Below, piece by piece: positions 9,335-16,876 of a stretch of 32,000 nucleotides of DNA (position 1 is the stretch's first letter; every line of letters begins with the position of its first letter). A program made the position numbers and the translations under genes. Source of the DNA: Kineococcus radiotolerans SRS30216 = ATCC BAA-149 (GTDB lineage: Bacteria; Actinomycetota; Actinomycetes; Actinomycetales; Kineococcaceae); the NCBI RefSeq assembly GCF_000017305.1, contig NC_009664.2, positions 1,410,001 to 1,442,000 on the forward strand, in the 5' to 3' direction. A model generated the notes under the pieces. It was given only the letters and a program-made list of their open reading frames with translations, did not search any database and had not been told where the DNA came from.

Positions 9335-10969
9335 TCACCCCGCCGGGGCGGGGGCGCTGCGCGAGGAGGTGCCCGACGCGGTGGCGGTGGGGACGGTCAG
9401 GGGCGGGTGGTCCTCCTCGCCCAGGACGGTCCGCTGCAGGTTGACCTCGGCCAGCCCGAGCCCGCCGACGGTGACCTCGTCGTAGGCGAGGAGCCGGCCG
9501 GCGTCGTCCCCGCTGCGGCCGAAGTACAGCAGGGTGGCCGACAGCGGGAGGGGGGTGCCGTCGGCCAGCCGGGCGAGGCCGGCGGAGGTGACCCCGGCGC
9601 CGCCGGTGGTGCCCTCGACCATGACCCGGGTGCCGGAGGCGTGCAGCGTCACCGAGCGCTTGTGCAGGTGACCGGCGAGCACGAGCGGCACCCGCCCCTG
9701 CAGGGGGTCGAGACCGCTGGGGTCGTGGACGAGGGCGACGTCGACGGGGTCCTCGGGGTGGCTCTCGTCCCAGGTCCGGATGCCGTCGGCGAGGATCCGG
9801 TTGGCCTGCTCCTGCAGCTGCTCCGCGCTGCCGGTGGCCGCGGTGCCCTCGCCGTCGGGGGTGAAGACGGGGTCGCCCTGACCGGCGAGGACGAGACCGG
9901 CCACCTGGGCGGTGGAGCCCTGGTCGAGGACGATCGCGCCCTGGGCGGCGACCTGGGCCTGGGTGTCGCCGGAGTCGTGGTTGCCCCGGACCCAGACGTA
10001 GGGCACCCCGAGGCCGCCGATGCGCCCGAGGAAGCTGGCCTCGGCGGCCGTCCCCCAGGTCGTGGTGTCGCCGGTGTCGAGGACGGCCTGCACGCCGAAC
10101 TGCTGCACGAGGTTCTCGGTGAGGTCGTAGCCGAGGGGGTTGAGGTGCAGGTCGGAGATGTGCAGGACGGTGGTCACGTCCTCCCCCAGGCCGGTGCCGG
10201 CGGCCCGGGCGTCGCCCAGGACGGGCAGGTTGGCGGCGGTGGCGTAGAGGGTGGAGACGCTGCGGACGATGTCGGAGAGGCCGCTGCGGTAGCTCTCCAG
10301 CCGGTCCAGGGCGTTCTGGGTGCTGGAGACGACGTAGGGGGCGCGGGAGAGCAGCCCGGTGAAGCGGGGCTGGCGCAGCGCGGCGGGGTCGAAGGTCGCC
10401 GCGGTCCCGGCGCCGGTGGCCACGACGACGACGAGCAGGGCGGCGCCGGTCTGCAGGGTCCGGCGCCGGCTGCGGTGGACGACGACGGCGGCCAGCAGCG
10501 CCCCGGCGGTGCCGCACGCGAGGCTGAGGGCGGCCGCGCGGACGGTCGCGGCGCGGACGGTGTCGGCGGCGGTGAGCTCCAGGGCCAGCAGCTGCTGCGG
10601 GGAGCGCACGAGCCGGGCGGCGGCGTCGACGTCGACGCTCTCGATGGTGGCGGTGACCACGATCGGGGCGCGGTGGGTGTCGAAGGTGACCTTCCCGACG
10701 GGGGGCAGGTCGACCTCGACGCCGGGGGTGAGGCTGGGCCGGACGCGCACCTCGGTCTGCAGCGGGCCGACGTAGGTGCCCGCGCCCGGGGCGAGGGCGA
10801 AGCCGACGCCGGCGCCCACCCCGGCGACGAGCAGGATCCCGAACCAGGGCAGCACGTGGCGGCGGGCGAAGCGCGCTCCGCGCCGGGCCGCGAGGCGCTG
10901 CCCCGCCGCCCGCCACCGCGCGGGGAGGCGGAGCGGGCGGGGTCGGGGCCGGCGGGTCGAGGGGGGCAT
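9335..10969 (-). CDS. Membrane-anchored metallophosphoesterase (calcineurin-like)
   Basis: Catalytic motifs in order: LHISDLHLN, DTGD, RGNHD, AGHLH. Arg-rich N-terminus followed by three hydrophobic segments (WFGILLVAGVGAGVGFALA; AAALSLACGTAGALLAAVVV; GAALLVVVVATGAGTAA). Start taken as ATG 10969 (MPPSTRR). There is no clear SD, so the start is uncertain. The 728-aa track ORF extends antisense into the SDR gene and is rejected. Confidence 0.8.
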   Translation of the reverse strand: MPPSTRRPRPRPLRLPARWRAAGQRLAARRGARFARRHVLPWFGILLVAGVGAGVGFALAPGAGTYVGPLQTEVRVRPSLTPGVEVDLPPVGKVTFDTHRAPIVVTATIESVDVDAAARLVRSPQQLLALELTAADTVRAATVRAAALSLACGTAGALLAAVVVHRSRRRTLQTGAALLVVVVATGAGTAATFDPAALRQPRFTGLLSRAPYVVSSTQNALDRLESYRSGLSDIVRSVSTLYATAANLPVLGDARAAGTGLGEDVTTVLHISDLHLNPLGYDLTENLVQQFGVQAVLDTGDTTTWGTAAEASFLGRIGGLGVPYVWVRGNHDSGDTQAQVAAQGAIVLDQGSTAQVAGLVLAGQGDPVFTPDGEGTAATGSAEQLQEQANRILADGIRTWDESHPEDPVDVALVHDPSGLDPLQGRVPLVLAGHLHKRSVTLHASGTRVMVEGTTGGAGVTSAGLARLADGTPLPLSATLLYFGRSGDDAGRLLAYDEVTVGGLGLAEVNLQRTVLGEEDHPPLTVPTATASGTSSRSAPAPAG

Positions 10970-11054
10970 CAGGAGGATCTTCGCGCAGGACGGCGCCGCG
11001 CGCCGCGCGCACCGCTCGCGTGTGCCGGGGCCGGGCCCGGGGTACGGGAGGGGC

Positions 11055-11894
11055 ATGACCGACACGGCGCTCCCGCGCGACCTCCGCTCCCCCCGTCCCA
11101 CCGGCCGGCCCGGGCCGGCCCTGGTCACCGGCTCGGAGTCCGGCATCGGCCGGGCCACGGCGGTGGAACTGGCCCGGCGCGGCCACGACGTCGCGATCAC
11201 CTGGTTCCGCGACGAGGCCGCCGGGACCGCGACCGCGGAGGAGGTGCGCGCGCTGGGCCGGAGGGCGGTCCTGCGCCACGTCGACCTGCGCGACCTGCCG
11301 GGGGCGGCCGACGTGGTGGACGACGTCGCCGCGGAGCTGGGCGGGCTGGAGGTGCTCGTCAACGACGCCGGGACGGGGACGGCGACGCCGCTGCTGGACC
11401 TGTCGTTCGCGGACTGGCGGGAGGTGCTGGCGGTGGACCTCGACGCGGCGTTCCTGTTCCTGCAGCGCGCGGCGCGGGTGATGGTGGCGGCCGGGCGGGG
11501 CGGGCGGGTCGTCAACGTCACCAGCGTCCACGAGCACCAGCCGCGGGTGGGCGCGGCGCCCTACTGCGCGGCCAAGGGCGGGCTGGGGCTGCTGACCCGC
11601 ACGGCGGCGATCGAGCTGGCCGAGCACGGGATCACGGTGAACGCGGTCGCGCCGGGGGAGATCGCGACGCCGATGACGGGGCAGAAGGACACCGACCCGC
11701 ACGGGGAGGACCGCCCGGGGGTGCCGCTGGGCCGTCCGGGTGACGCCCGCGAGGTCGCGGCGGTCATCGGCTTCCTGTGCTCCGCGGAGGCCTCCTACGT
11801 GACGGGGGCCTCCTGGCCGGTGGACGGCGGGATGCTGCAGATGGGGCCGATGGCGGGGTCGCACCTGACCGCGGACGACTGGCGCCGTCCCTGA
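11055..11894 (+). CDS. Short-chain dehydrogenase/reductase (SDR)
   Basis: ATG 11055 preceded by GGGAGGGG. Cofactor motif VTGSESGIGRA, NDAG, catalytic YCAAK, PGEIATP. 279 aa. Confidence 0.9.
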   Translation: MTDTALPRDLRSPRPTGRPGPALVTGSESGIGRATAVELARRGHDVAITWFRDEAAGTATAEEVRALGRRAVLRHVDLRDLPGAADVVDDVAAELGGLEVLVNDAGTGTATPLLDLSFADWREVLAVDLDAAFLFLQRAARVMVAAGRGGRVVNVTSVHEHQPRVGAAPYCAAKGGLGLLTRTAAIELAEHGITVNAVAPGEIATPMTGQKDTDPHGEDRPGVPLGRPGDAREVAAVIGFLCSAEASYVTGASWPVDGGMLQMGPMAGSHLTADDWRRP

Positions 11895-11946
11895 GTCAGG
11901 CTTCCCTTCCTTGACTGGTTCCAGACTGGACTGCTTGAGTCGACCC

Positions 11947-12411
11947 GTGACCAGTGTCGAGCGCCTGCGGGCGAGGGGCCTGCGGGCCACCCGGCCCCGG
12001 GTCGTCGTGCTCGACGTCCTCGACGCGGCCCGCGCGGACCACGAGCACCTCCCCGTCGCCCGCGTCGCCGAGCGCGCCCGCGCCGTGCTGCCGACGGTCT
12101 CGACCCAGGCCGTCTACGACTGCCTGGACGCCCTGACCGGAGCGGGCCTCGCCCGCTGCATCGAGCCCGCGGGCCACCCCGCGCGCTACGAGGCGCGGGT
12201 GGGCGACAACCACCACCACCTGGTGTGCCGCGGGTGCGGCGCCACCGTCGACGTGGACTGCACCACCGGCCACGCCCCCTGTCTCTCGCCCTCCGACACC
12301 GCCGGTTTCGCCGTCGAGGAGGCCGAAGTGGTGTTCTGGGGCCGTTGCCCCGAGTGCCGCACCCCGTCCACCCCCCCACCAGCAGAGCGTGAACGAGAGG
12401 AAGTGCGATGA
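11947..12411 (+). CDS. Fur-family transcriptional regulator (peroxide-responsive FurA/CatR/PerR-like)
   Basis: Winged-helix N-terminal domain ([14 protein letters not shown]...). [10 protein letters not shown] ... CPEC metal-site motifs. Stop overlaps the catalase ATG (ATGA). Start taken as GTG 11947; the track start at TTG 11911 is less likely. Confidence 0.85.
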   Translation: MTSVERLRARGLRATRPRVVVLDVLDAARADHEHLPVARVAERARAVLPTVSTQAVYDCLDALTGAGLARCIEPAGHPARYEARVGDNHHHLVCRGCGATVDVDCTTGHAPCLSPSDTAGFAVEEAEVVFWGRCPECRTPSTPPPAEREREEVR

Positions 12412-14063
12412 CCGACGTCGCGAGCCAGTCCTCGGCCCCCGGGGACGAGCGCCCGGTCCTGACCAACCGCCAGGGCCACCCGGTCTACGACAACCAGAAC
12501 CAGCGCACCGTCGGGGCCCGCGGCCCCGCCACGCTGGAGAACTACCAGTTCCTCGAGAAGATCAGCCACTTCGACCGCGAGCGCATCCCCGAGCGCGTCG
12601 TGCACGCCCGCGGCACGACGGCGTTCGGCTACTTCGAGGCCTACGGCAGCTTCGGCGACGAGCCGATCTCGAAGTACACCCGCGCGAAGCTGTTCCAGGA
12701 GAAGGGCAAGCGCACCGACCTGGCGATCCGCTTCTCCACCGTCGCCGGTGGCCGCGACTCCGCCGAGACCCTGCGCGACCCGCGCGGCTTCGCCGTGAAG
12801 ATGTACACCGAGGACGGCAACTGGGACCTCGTCGGCAACAACCTGGGTGTCTTCTTCATCCGCGACGCGATCAAGTTCCCGGACTTCATCCACTCCCAGA
12901 AGCCGGACCCGGTCACCTTCGACCGCCAGGTGCCCAACCGCGTCTTCGACTTCGCGAGCCAGACGCCGGAGTCGCTGCACATGTTCACCCTGGTGTTCTC
13001 CCCCCGCGGGATCCCGGCCAGCTACCGCACCCAGCAGGGCTTCGGGGTGAACACCTACAAGTGGGTGAACTCCGAGGGCGAGACGGTCCTGGTGAAGTAC
13101 CACTGGCACCCCAAGCAGGGCGTCAAGAGCTGGACCTCCGCCGACGCCGCCGCCGTGCAGGCCCAGGACCTCGGCCCGCACACCCGCGACCTCTACGCCG
13201 CGATCGACGCCGGTGACTACCCCGAGTGGGAGCTGCTCGTCCAGACGATGAGCGACGAGGAGCACCCCGAGCTGGACTTCGACCCGCTGGACGACACCAA
13301 GGTGTGGCCGGAGAACCTCTTCCCGCTCACCCCGATCGGGAAGATGGTCCTCAACCGCAAGCCGGTGGACTTCTTCACCGAGTCCGAGCAGATCGCCTTC
13401 GGCACCGGCGTCCTGGTCGACGGCCTGGACTTCTCCGACGACAAGATGCTCGTGGGCCGGACGTTCTCCTACTCCGACACCCAGCGCTACCGCGTGGGCC
13501 CGAACTACCTGCAGCTGCCGGTCAACGCGGCCAAGGTCCCGGTGCGCACCAACCAGCGCGACGGGCAGATGGCCTACGGCGTCGACGGCCGCGGCGAGAA
13601 CCCGACGGTGAACTACGAGCCGTCGATCATCGGCGGGCTGCGCGAGGGCACCTACCCCACCCACGACGAGCAGGGCCCGGTCATCACCGGTCGCGTGACC
13701 CGCAAGCGGATCCCGCGCACCAACGACTACCAGCAGGCCGGGGAGCGCTTCCAGCTCTCCGAGGACTGGGAGAAGGACGAGCTCGTCGCGAACTTCGTCG
13801 ACGCGCTCTCGCAGTGCATCCGCCCCATCCAGGAGCGCATGGTCTGGCACATGTTCATGGCCGACGACGAGTACGGCCGTCGCGTGGGCGAGGGCCTGGG
13901 CATCACCGCCGACGACGTCCGTCACCTGGAGCCGCTGCAGACGCAGACCCTGACCGAGGAGGAGCTGCAGCGCGCGGCGAACCTCGGCAAGAACGGCCCG
14001 CGCGACGTCACCGGCCTGGTCATGACCCACGCCGTGCCGAACGAGCGCGACGTCCGGGCCTGA
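12408..14063 (+). CDS. katA: Monofunctional haem catalase
   Basis: Catalase core motifs [15 protein letters not shown] (distal His), [15 protein letters not shown], and proximal RxFSYxDTQRYR ([14 protein letters not shown]). 551 aa. Confidence 0.96.
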   Translation: MTDVASQSSAPGDERPVLTNRQGHPVYDNQNQRTVGARGPATLENYQFLEKISHFDRERIPERVVHARGTTAFGYFEAYGSFGDEPISKYTRAKLFQEKGKRTDLAIRFSTVAGGRDSAETLRDPRGFAVKMYTEDGNWDLVGNNLGVFFIRDAIKFPDFIHSQKPDPVTFDRQVPNRVFDFASQTPESLHMFTLVFSPRGIPASYRTQQGFGVNTYKWVNSEGETVLVKYHWHPKQGVKSWTSADAAAVQAQDLGPHTRDLYAAIDAGDYPEWELLVQTMSDEEHPELDFDPLDDTKVWPENLFPLTPIGKMVLNRKPVDFFTESEQIAFGTGVLVDGLDFSDDKMLVGRTFSYSDTQRYRVGPNYLQLPVNAAKVPVRTNQRDGQMAYGVDGRGENPTVNYEPSIIGGLREGTYPTHDEQGPVITGRVTRKRIPRTNDYQQAGERFQLSEDWEKDELVANFVDALSQCIRPIQERMVWHMFMADDEYGRRVGEGLGITADDVRHLEPLQTQTLTEEELQRAANLGKNGPRDVTGLVMTHAVPNERDVRA

Positions 14064-14102
14064 TCCGGAGGGTCTGACCCGGAGGGTCTGACCCGCAGCG
14101 CG

Positions 14103-14136
14103 TGAGGGCGCCGGTCCCCGTGGGGGCCGGCGCCCT
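14103..14136. terminator. GC-rich hairpin between convergent catalase and the membrane-protein gene
   Basis: GAGGGCGCCGG(T)CCCC, loop GTG, GGGGCCGGCGCCCTC. A 15-bp stem with one bulged T. No U-tract. Confidence 0.6.
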
Positions 14137-14144
14137 CCGTCGTC

Positions 14145-14591
14145 TCAGGGGGTCAGCGCGTCGGTGCGCCGGCGGGCGTGGGCCCACCACAGCGGGGCCG
14201 CGCCGGCGGCGTACGCGAGCCCCAGCGGCAGCGCGAGCGTGCGGTTGGGCCGCGGGTTCCCGCCGCGGCGCATCCGCTCCGGCAGGCCCCGGCCGAACCA
14301 CCACACGGGCAGGCAGGCGGTGGAGAGCACGAGGTGCCCGATCGCCAGGGACGACTCGTGGGCGGGGATCACGTCGGGGTCCACCGGGGCGGTGCGGTCG
14401 CGGGTCGCGGCGTCCCACACCGCGTCGGCGGCGGCCATCACCGCTCCCGCCGCGAAGGCGACCCCGCACTGCGCGGCCAGGCGCCGTCCCCGGCCGGGCA
14501 GGTCGTAGGTGCGCTGGCCCAGTCCGACGACGAGGCCGTCGAGGGCGGTGTTGACGAGCGCGAGGATCCGGGCGAGGTGGATCGGCTCCAT
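14145..14591 (-). CDS. Hypothetical membrane protein
   Basis: 148-aa ORF with ATG start and about 4 hydrophobic segments. It lies 36 nt downstream of the HxlR gene on the same strand. No family recognised. Confidence 0.5.
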   Translation of the reverse strand: MEPIHLARILALVNTALDGLVVGLGQRTYDLPGRGRRLAAQCGVAFAAGAVMAAADAVWDAATRDRTAPVDPDVIPAHESSLAIGHLVLSTACLPVWWFGRGLPERMRRGGNPRPNRTLALPLGLAYAAGAAPLWWAHARRRTDALTP

Positions 14592-14627
14592 GACCGGGCA
14601 ACGGGCGGTCCGGACGGGGCGTTCCGG

Positions 14628-15005
14628 TCAGCGGGCGGCGTGCTCCGCCCGCGCCGCGGCGACCTGGGGCACCGACGCCTCGAGGAGGTCGGCGAGGGCG
14701 CGCAGCCGCTCGGCGACGGCCGCGCCCAGCGGGGTGAGCTCGTACTCCACGCGCGGCGGGATCGCGGTGACGACGTCGCGGGTGAGCATCCCGTCGCGCT
14801 CCAGCGCCTGCAGGGTCTGCGACAGCATCTTCTCGCTGACCCCGTCCACTTTGCGGCGCAGCGCGTTGAACCGGAACGTCCCCTCCCCCAGGGCGAGCAG
14901 GACGAGCGAGGCCCACTTCGAGGTGACGTCCTCGAAGGCCGCGCGGGAGGTGCAGCCGCGGGCGAACACGTCGGCGACGAGGTCGGGCGCGGGTCCGTCG
15001 GTCAC
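14628..15005 (-). CDS. HxlR-family (MarR-like) transcriptional regulator
   Basis: HxlR-type wHTH: C-x-...-VTSKWASLVLLALGEGTFRFNALRRKVDGVSEKMLSQTLQALERDGMLTR...PPRVEYELTPLG. Start taken as GTG 15005, because the longer track ORF would run into the divergent gene. Confidence 0.88.
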   Translation of the reverse strand: MTDGPAPDLVADVFARGCTSRAAFEDVTSKWASLVLLALGEGTFRFNALRRKVDGVSEKMLSQTLQALERDGMLTRDVVTAIPPRVEYELTPLGAAVAERLRALADLLEASVPQVAAARAEHAAR

Positions 15006-15088
15006 TCTCGCAGAGTACCGCGGGAACACCTGGCACTGTCGAAGGGTTAGTGCCTGCGATCGCACAGCGCCCACCCGAGGAGAACCCC

Positions 15089-15937
15089 GTGACCACCTAC
15101 GCCGTCACCGCCGCGAGCGGCCAGCTCGGCCGCCTCGCCGTCGAGGCCCTGCTCGCCCGCGGCGAGCGCGACGTCGTCGCCGTCGTCCGCACCCCCGCCA
15201 AGGTCGCCGACCTCGCCGAGCGCGGCGTGCAGGTCCGCGCGGGCGACTACGACGACCGCGCCGCGCTCACCGCGGCCCTGCGGGGTGTGGACCGGGTCCT
15301 GCTCGTCTCCGGCGACACCCCCGGGGCGCGCCTGGCCCAGCACGCCAACGTCGTCGAGGCCGCGAAGGCCGCCGGGGTCAGCCGCATCGCCTACACCGGC
15401 CTCCTGCGCGCCGACGTCTCGGGCAGCCCGCTGGCCCCCGACCACGTGGCCACCGAGGAGCTCCTGGCCGCCTCCGGGCTCGAGGTCACCGTCCTGCGCA
15501 ACAGCTGGTACCTGGAGAACCAGACCGCCCAGCTCGACCGGTACCTCGCCGCCGGCGAGGTCGTCGGTTCCGCGCACGACGGGCGGATCAGCGCCGCCTC
15601 CCGCGCCGACTACGCCGAGGCCGCCGTCGCCGCCCTGACCGCCGAGGCGCCCGAGCCCGTCTACGAGCTGGCCGGGGAGAGCTTCGACCTCGCCGAGCTG
15701 GCCGCCACCGTCACCGAGGTCACTGGCACCCCGGTCACCTACCGCGACCTCGGCACCGAGGAGCACGTGGCGGTCCTGCGCGAGGCCGGCCTCGACGAGG
15801 GGACCGCCCGCTTCGTCGCCGCGCTGGACGCCTCCACCGCCGCGGGGGACCTGCTGACCGACCGCGACGACCTGGCCCGGCTGCTCGGGCGCCCCGCCAC
15901 GACGCTGGCCGAGGCCGTCCGCGCCGCCCGGGCCTGA
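15089..15937 (+). CDS. NmrA/QOR2-like NAD(P)H-binding atypical SDR (probable quinone or electrophile reductase)
   Basis: GTG 15089 lies 6 nt after GAGGAG. N-terminal Rossmann motif VTAASGQLG. NmrA-family pattern (VRTPAKVADLAERGVQVRAGDYDD). Divergent from the HxlR regulator. Confidence 0.85.
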   Translation: MTTYAVTAASGQLGRLAVEALLARGERDVVAVVRTPAKVADLAERGVQVRAGDYDDRAALTAALRGVDRVLLVSGDTPGARLAQHANVVEAAKAAGVSRIAYTGLLRADVSGSPLAPDHVATEELLAASGLEVTVLRNSWYLENQTAQLDRYLAAGEVVGSAHDGRISAASRADYAEAAVAALTAEAPEPVYELAGESFDLAELAATVTEVTGTPVTYRDLGTEEHVAVLREAGLDEGTARFVAALDASTAAGDLLTDRDDLARLLGRPATTLAEAVRAARA

Positions 15938-15969
15938 ACCCCGTCGCGCACGGTGGCAGCATCGCGGGG

Positions 15970-16875
15970 GTGAGCCGACTCCCGCGCCTGCCGCTGAACG
16001 CGGCCCTGCCCCCACCCCCCTCCGCGGGGGTGGCGGGCGACCCGGGGGTGTGCCGGCCCGGCGGGCAGTTCCGGCGCGTGAGCGCGGAACGGGTGGTCCT
16101 CCTCGGTGGCCCCGCCGCGATCCTGCTCCAGGTCGCCCACCCCCTGGTGGCCGAGGGGGTCGCGGCGCACAGCGACTACACCTCCGGCCCCGCGCACCGG
16201 CTGCTCGCCACCCTGCAAGCCGCGCTGACCGTCACCTTCGGCGACACCGAGCAGGCCCGCGCCGCGGCCCGCCACGTCGGCGCCCAGCACGCCCGGGTCC
16301 GCGGCACCACCCGCGCCGACGTCCCCGGGACCCCCGCGGGCACCCCCTACCGCGCCAACGACCCCGACCTCGCGCTGTGGGTCCACGCCACGCTCGTCTG
16401 GACCGCGCGACGGGTGACCGAGCGCTACGCCGGGCTCGTCCTCACCCCCGACCAGCGCGAGCAGCACTGGCAGGAGTCCAAGCCCTTCGCGCGGCTGTTC
16501 GCGGTTCCCGACCGCGTGCTGCCCGCGACCGTCGCCGACTTCGACGCCTACGTCGAGGACGCGTTCTCCCGGCTCGTCGTCACCCCCGGCGCCCGCCGGG
16601 TCGCGCACGACGTCCTCACCCAGCGCACCGCTCCCCCGCTGCCCGGGGTGGCCGCCCTGGCCCGCAGCGTCACCGCCGACGTCCTCCCCCCGCGCCTGGC
16701 CCGCGCCTACGACCTGACCCCCACCGCGGGCCGGCGGGCCGCCGCCCTCGTCACCCGGGCCGCGCTGCGCTCGGTGCGGCCCGTCCTGCCCCGGTCCCTC
16801 GCGCAGTGGCCGCACGCCGAGGTCGCCCGGCAGCGCACCGCGGCGCCCGCCCCGCGCGCGGCGGCCGGGGCCTAG
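15970..16875 (+). CDS. DUF2236 / MpaB-like oxygenase-family protein
   Basis: Conserved DUF2236 pattern RVSAERVVLLGGPAAILLQVAHPLVAEGV...H..VRG...PY.ANDPDLALWVHATLV. It lies at the 3' end of a 788-aa track ORF whose first ~487 aa are shadow frame. Start GTG 15970 is approximate. Confidence 0.75.
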   Translation: MSRLPRLPLNAALPPPPSAGVAGDPGVCRPGGQFRRVSAERVVLLGGPAAILLQVAHPLVAEGVAAHSDYTSGPAHRLLATLQAALTVTFGDTEQARAAARHVGAQHARVRGTTRADVPGTPAGTPYRANDPDLALWVHATLVWTARRVTERYAGLVLTPDQREQHWQESKPFARLFAVPDRVLPATVADFDAYVEDAFSRLVVTPGARRVAHDVLTQRTAPPLPGVAALARSVTADVLPPRLARAYDLTPTAGRRAAALVTRAALRSVRPVLPRSLAQWPHAEVARQRTAAPAPRAAAGA

Positions 16876-16876
16876 C

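Noticed and set aside
10970-11056. Alternative metallophosphoesterase start at ATG 11056, sharing CATG with the divergent SDR start.
   Set aside because: It would place the esterase promoter inside the SDR coding region and add a non-conserved Pro/Gly-rich leader. ATG 10969 is kept, but the start remains uncertain.
9276-11990. Very long ORFs with no recognisable domains. Examples: 9276-11990 (-) 904 aa, 9278-11743 (+) 821 aa, 20870-23704 (+) 944 aa, 20802-22991 (-) 729 aa, 18682-20628 (+) 648 aa, 12186-14030 (-) 614 aa, 15739-17388 (-) 549 aa, 1487-3064 (-) 525 aa and 3166-4554 (-) 462 aa.
   Set aside because: All overlap, in another frame or antisense, genes with clear family motifs. Their translations are Arg/Pro/Gly/Ala-rich low complexity, as expected from stop-codon scarcity at over 70% G+C. 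None shows a catalytic or structural motif.
14509-16875. 788-aa ORF spanning the HxlR, NmrA and DUF2236 loci.
   Set aside because: Only the last ~300 aa have DUF2236 motifs. The rest overlaps two well-supported genes in other frames or strands.
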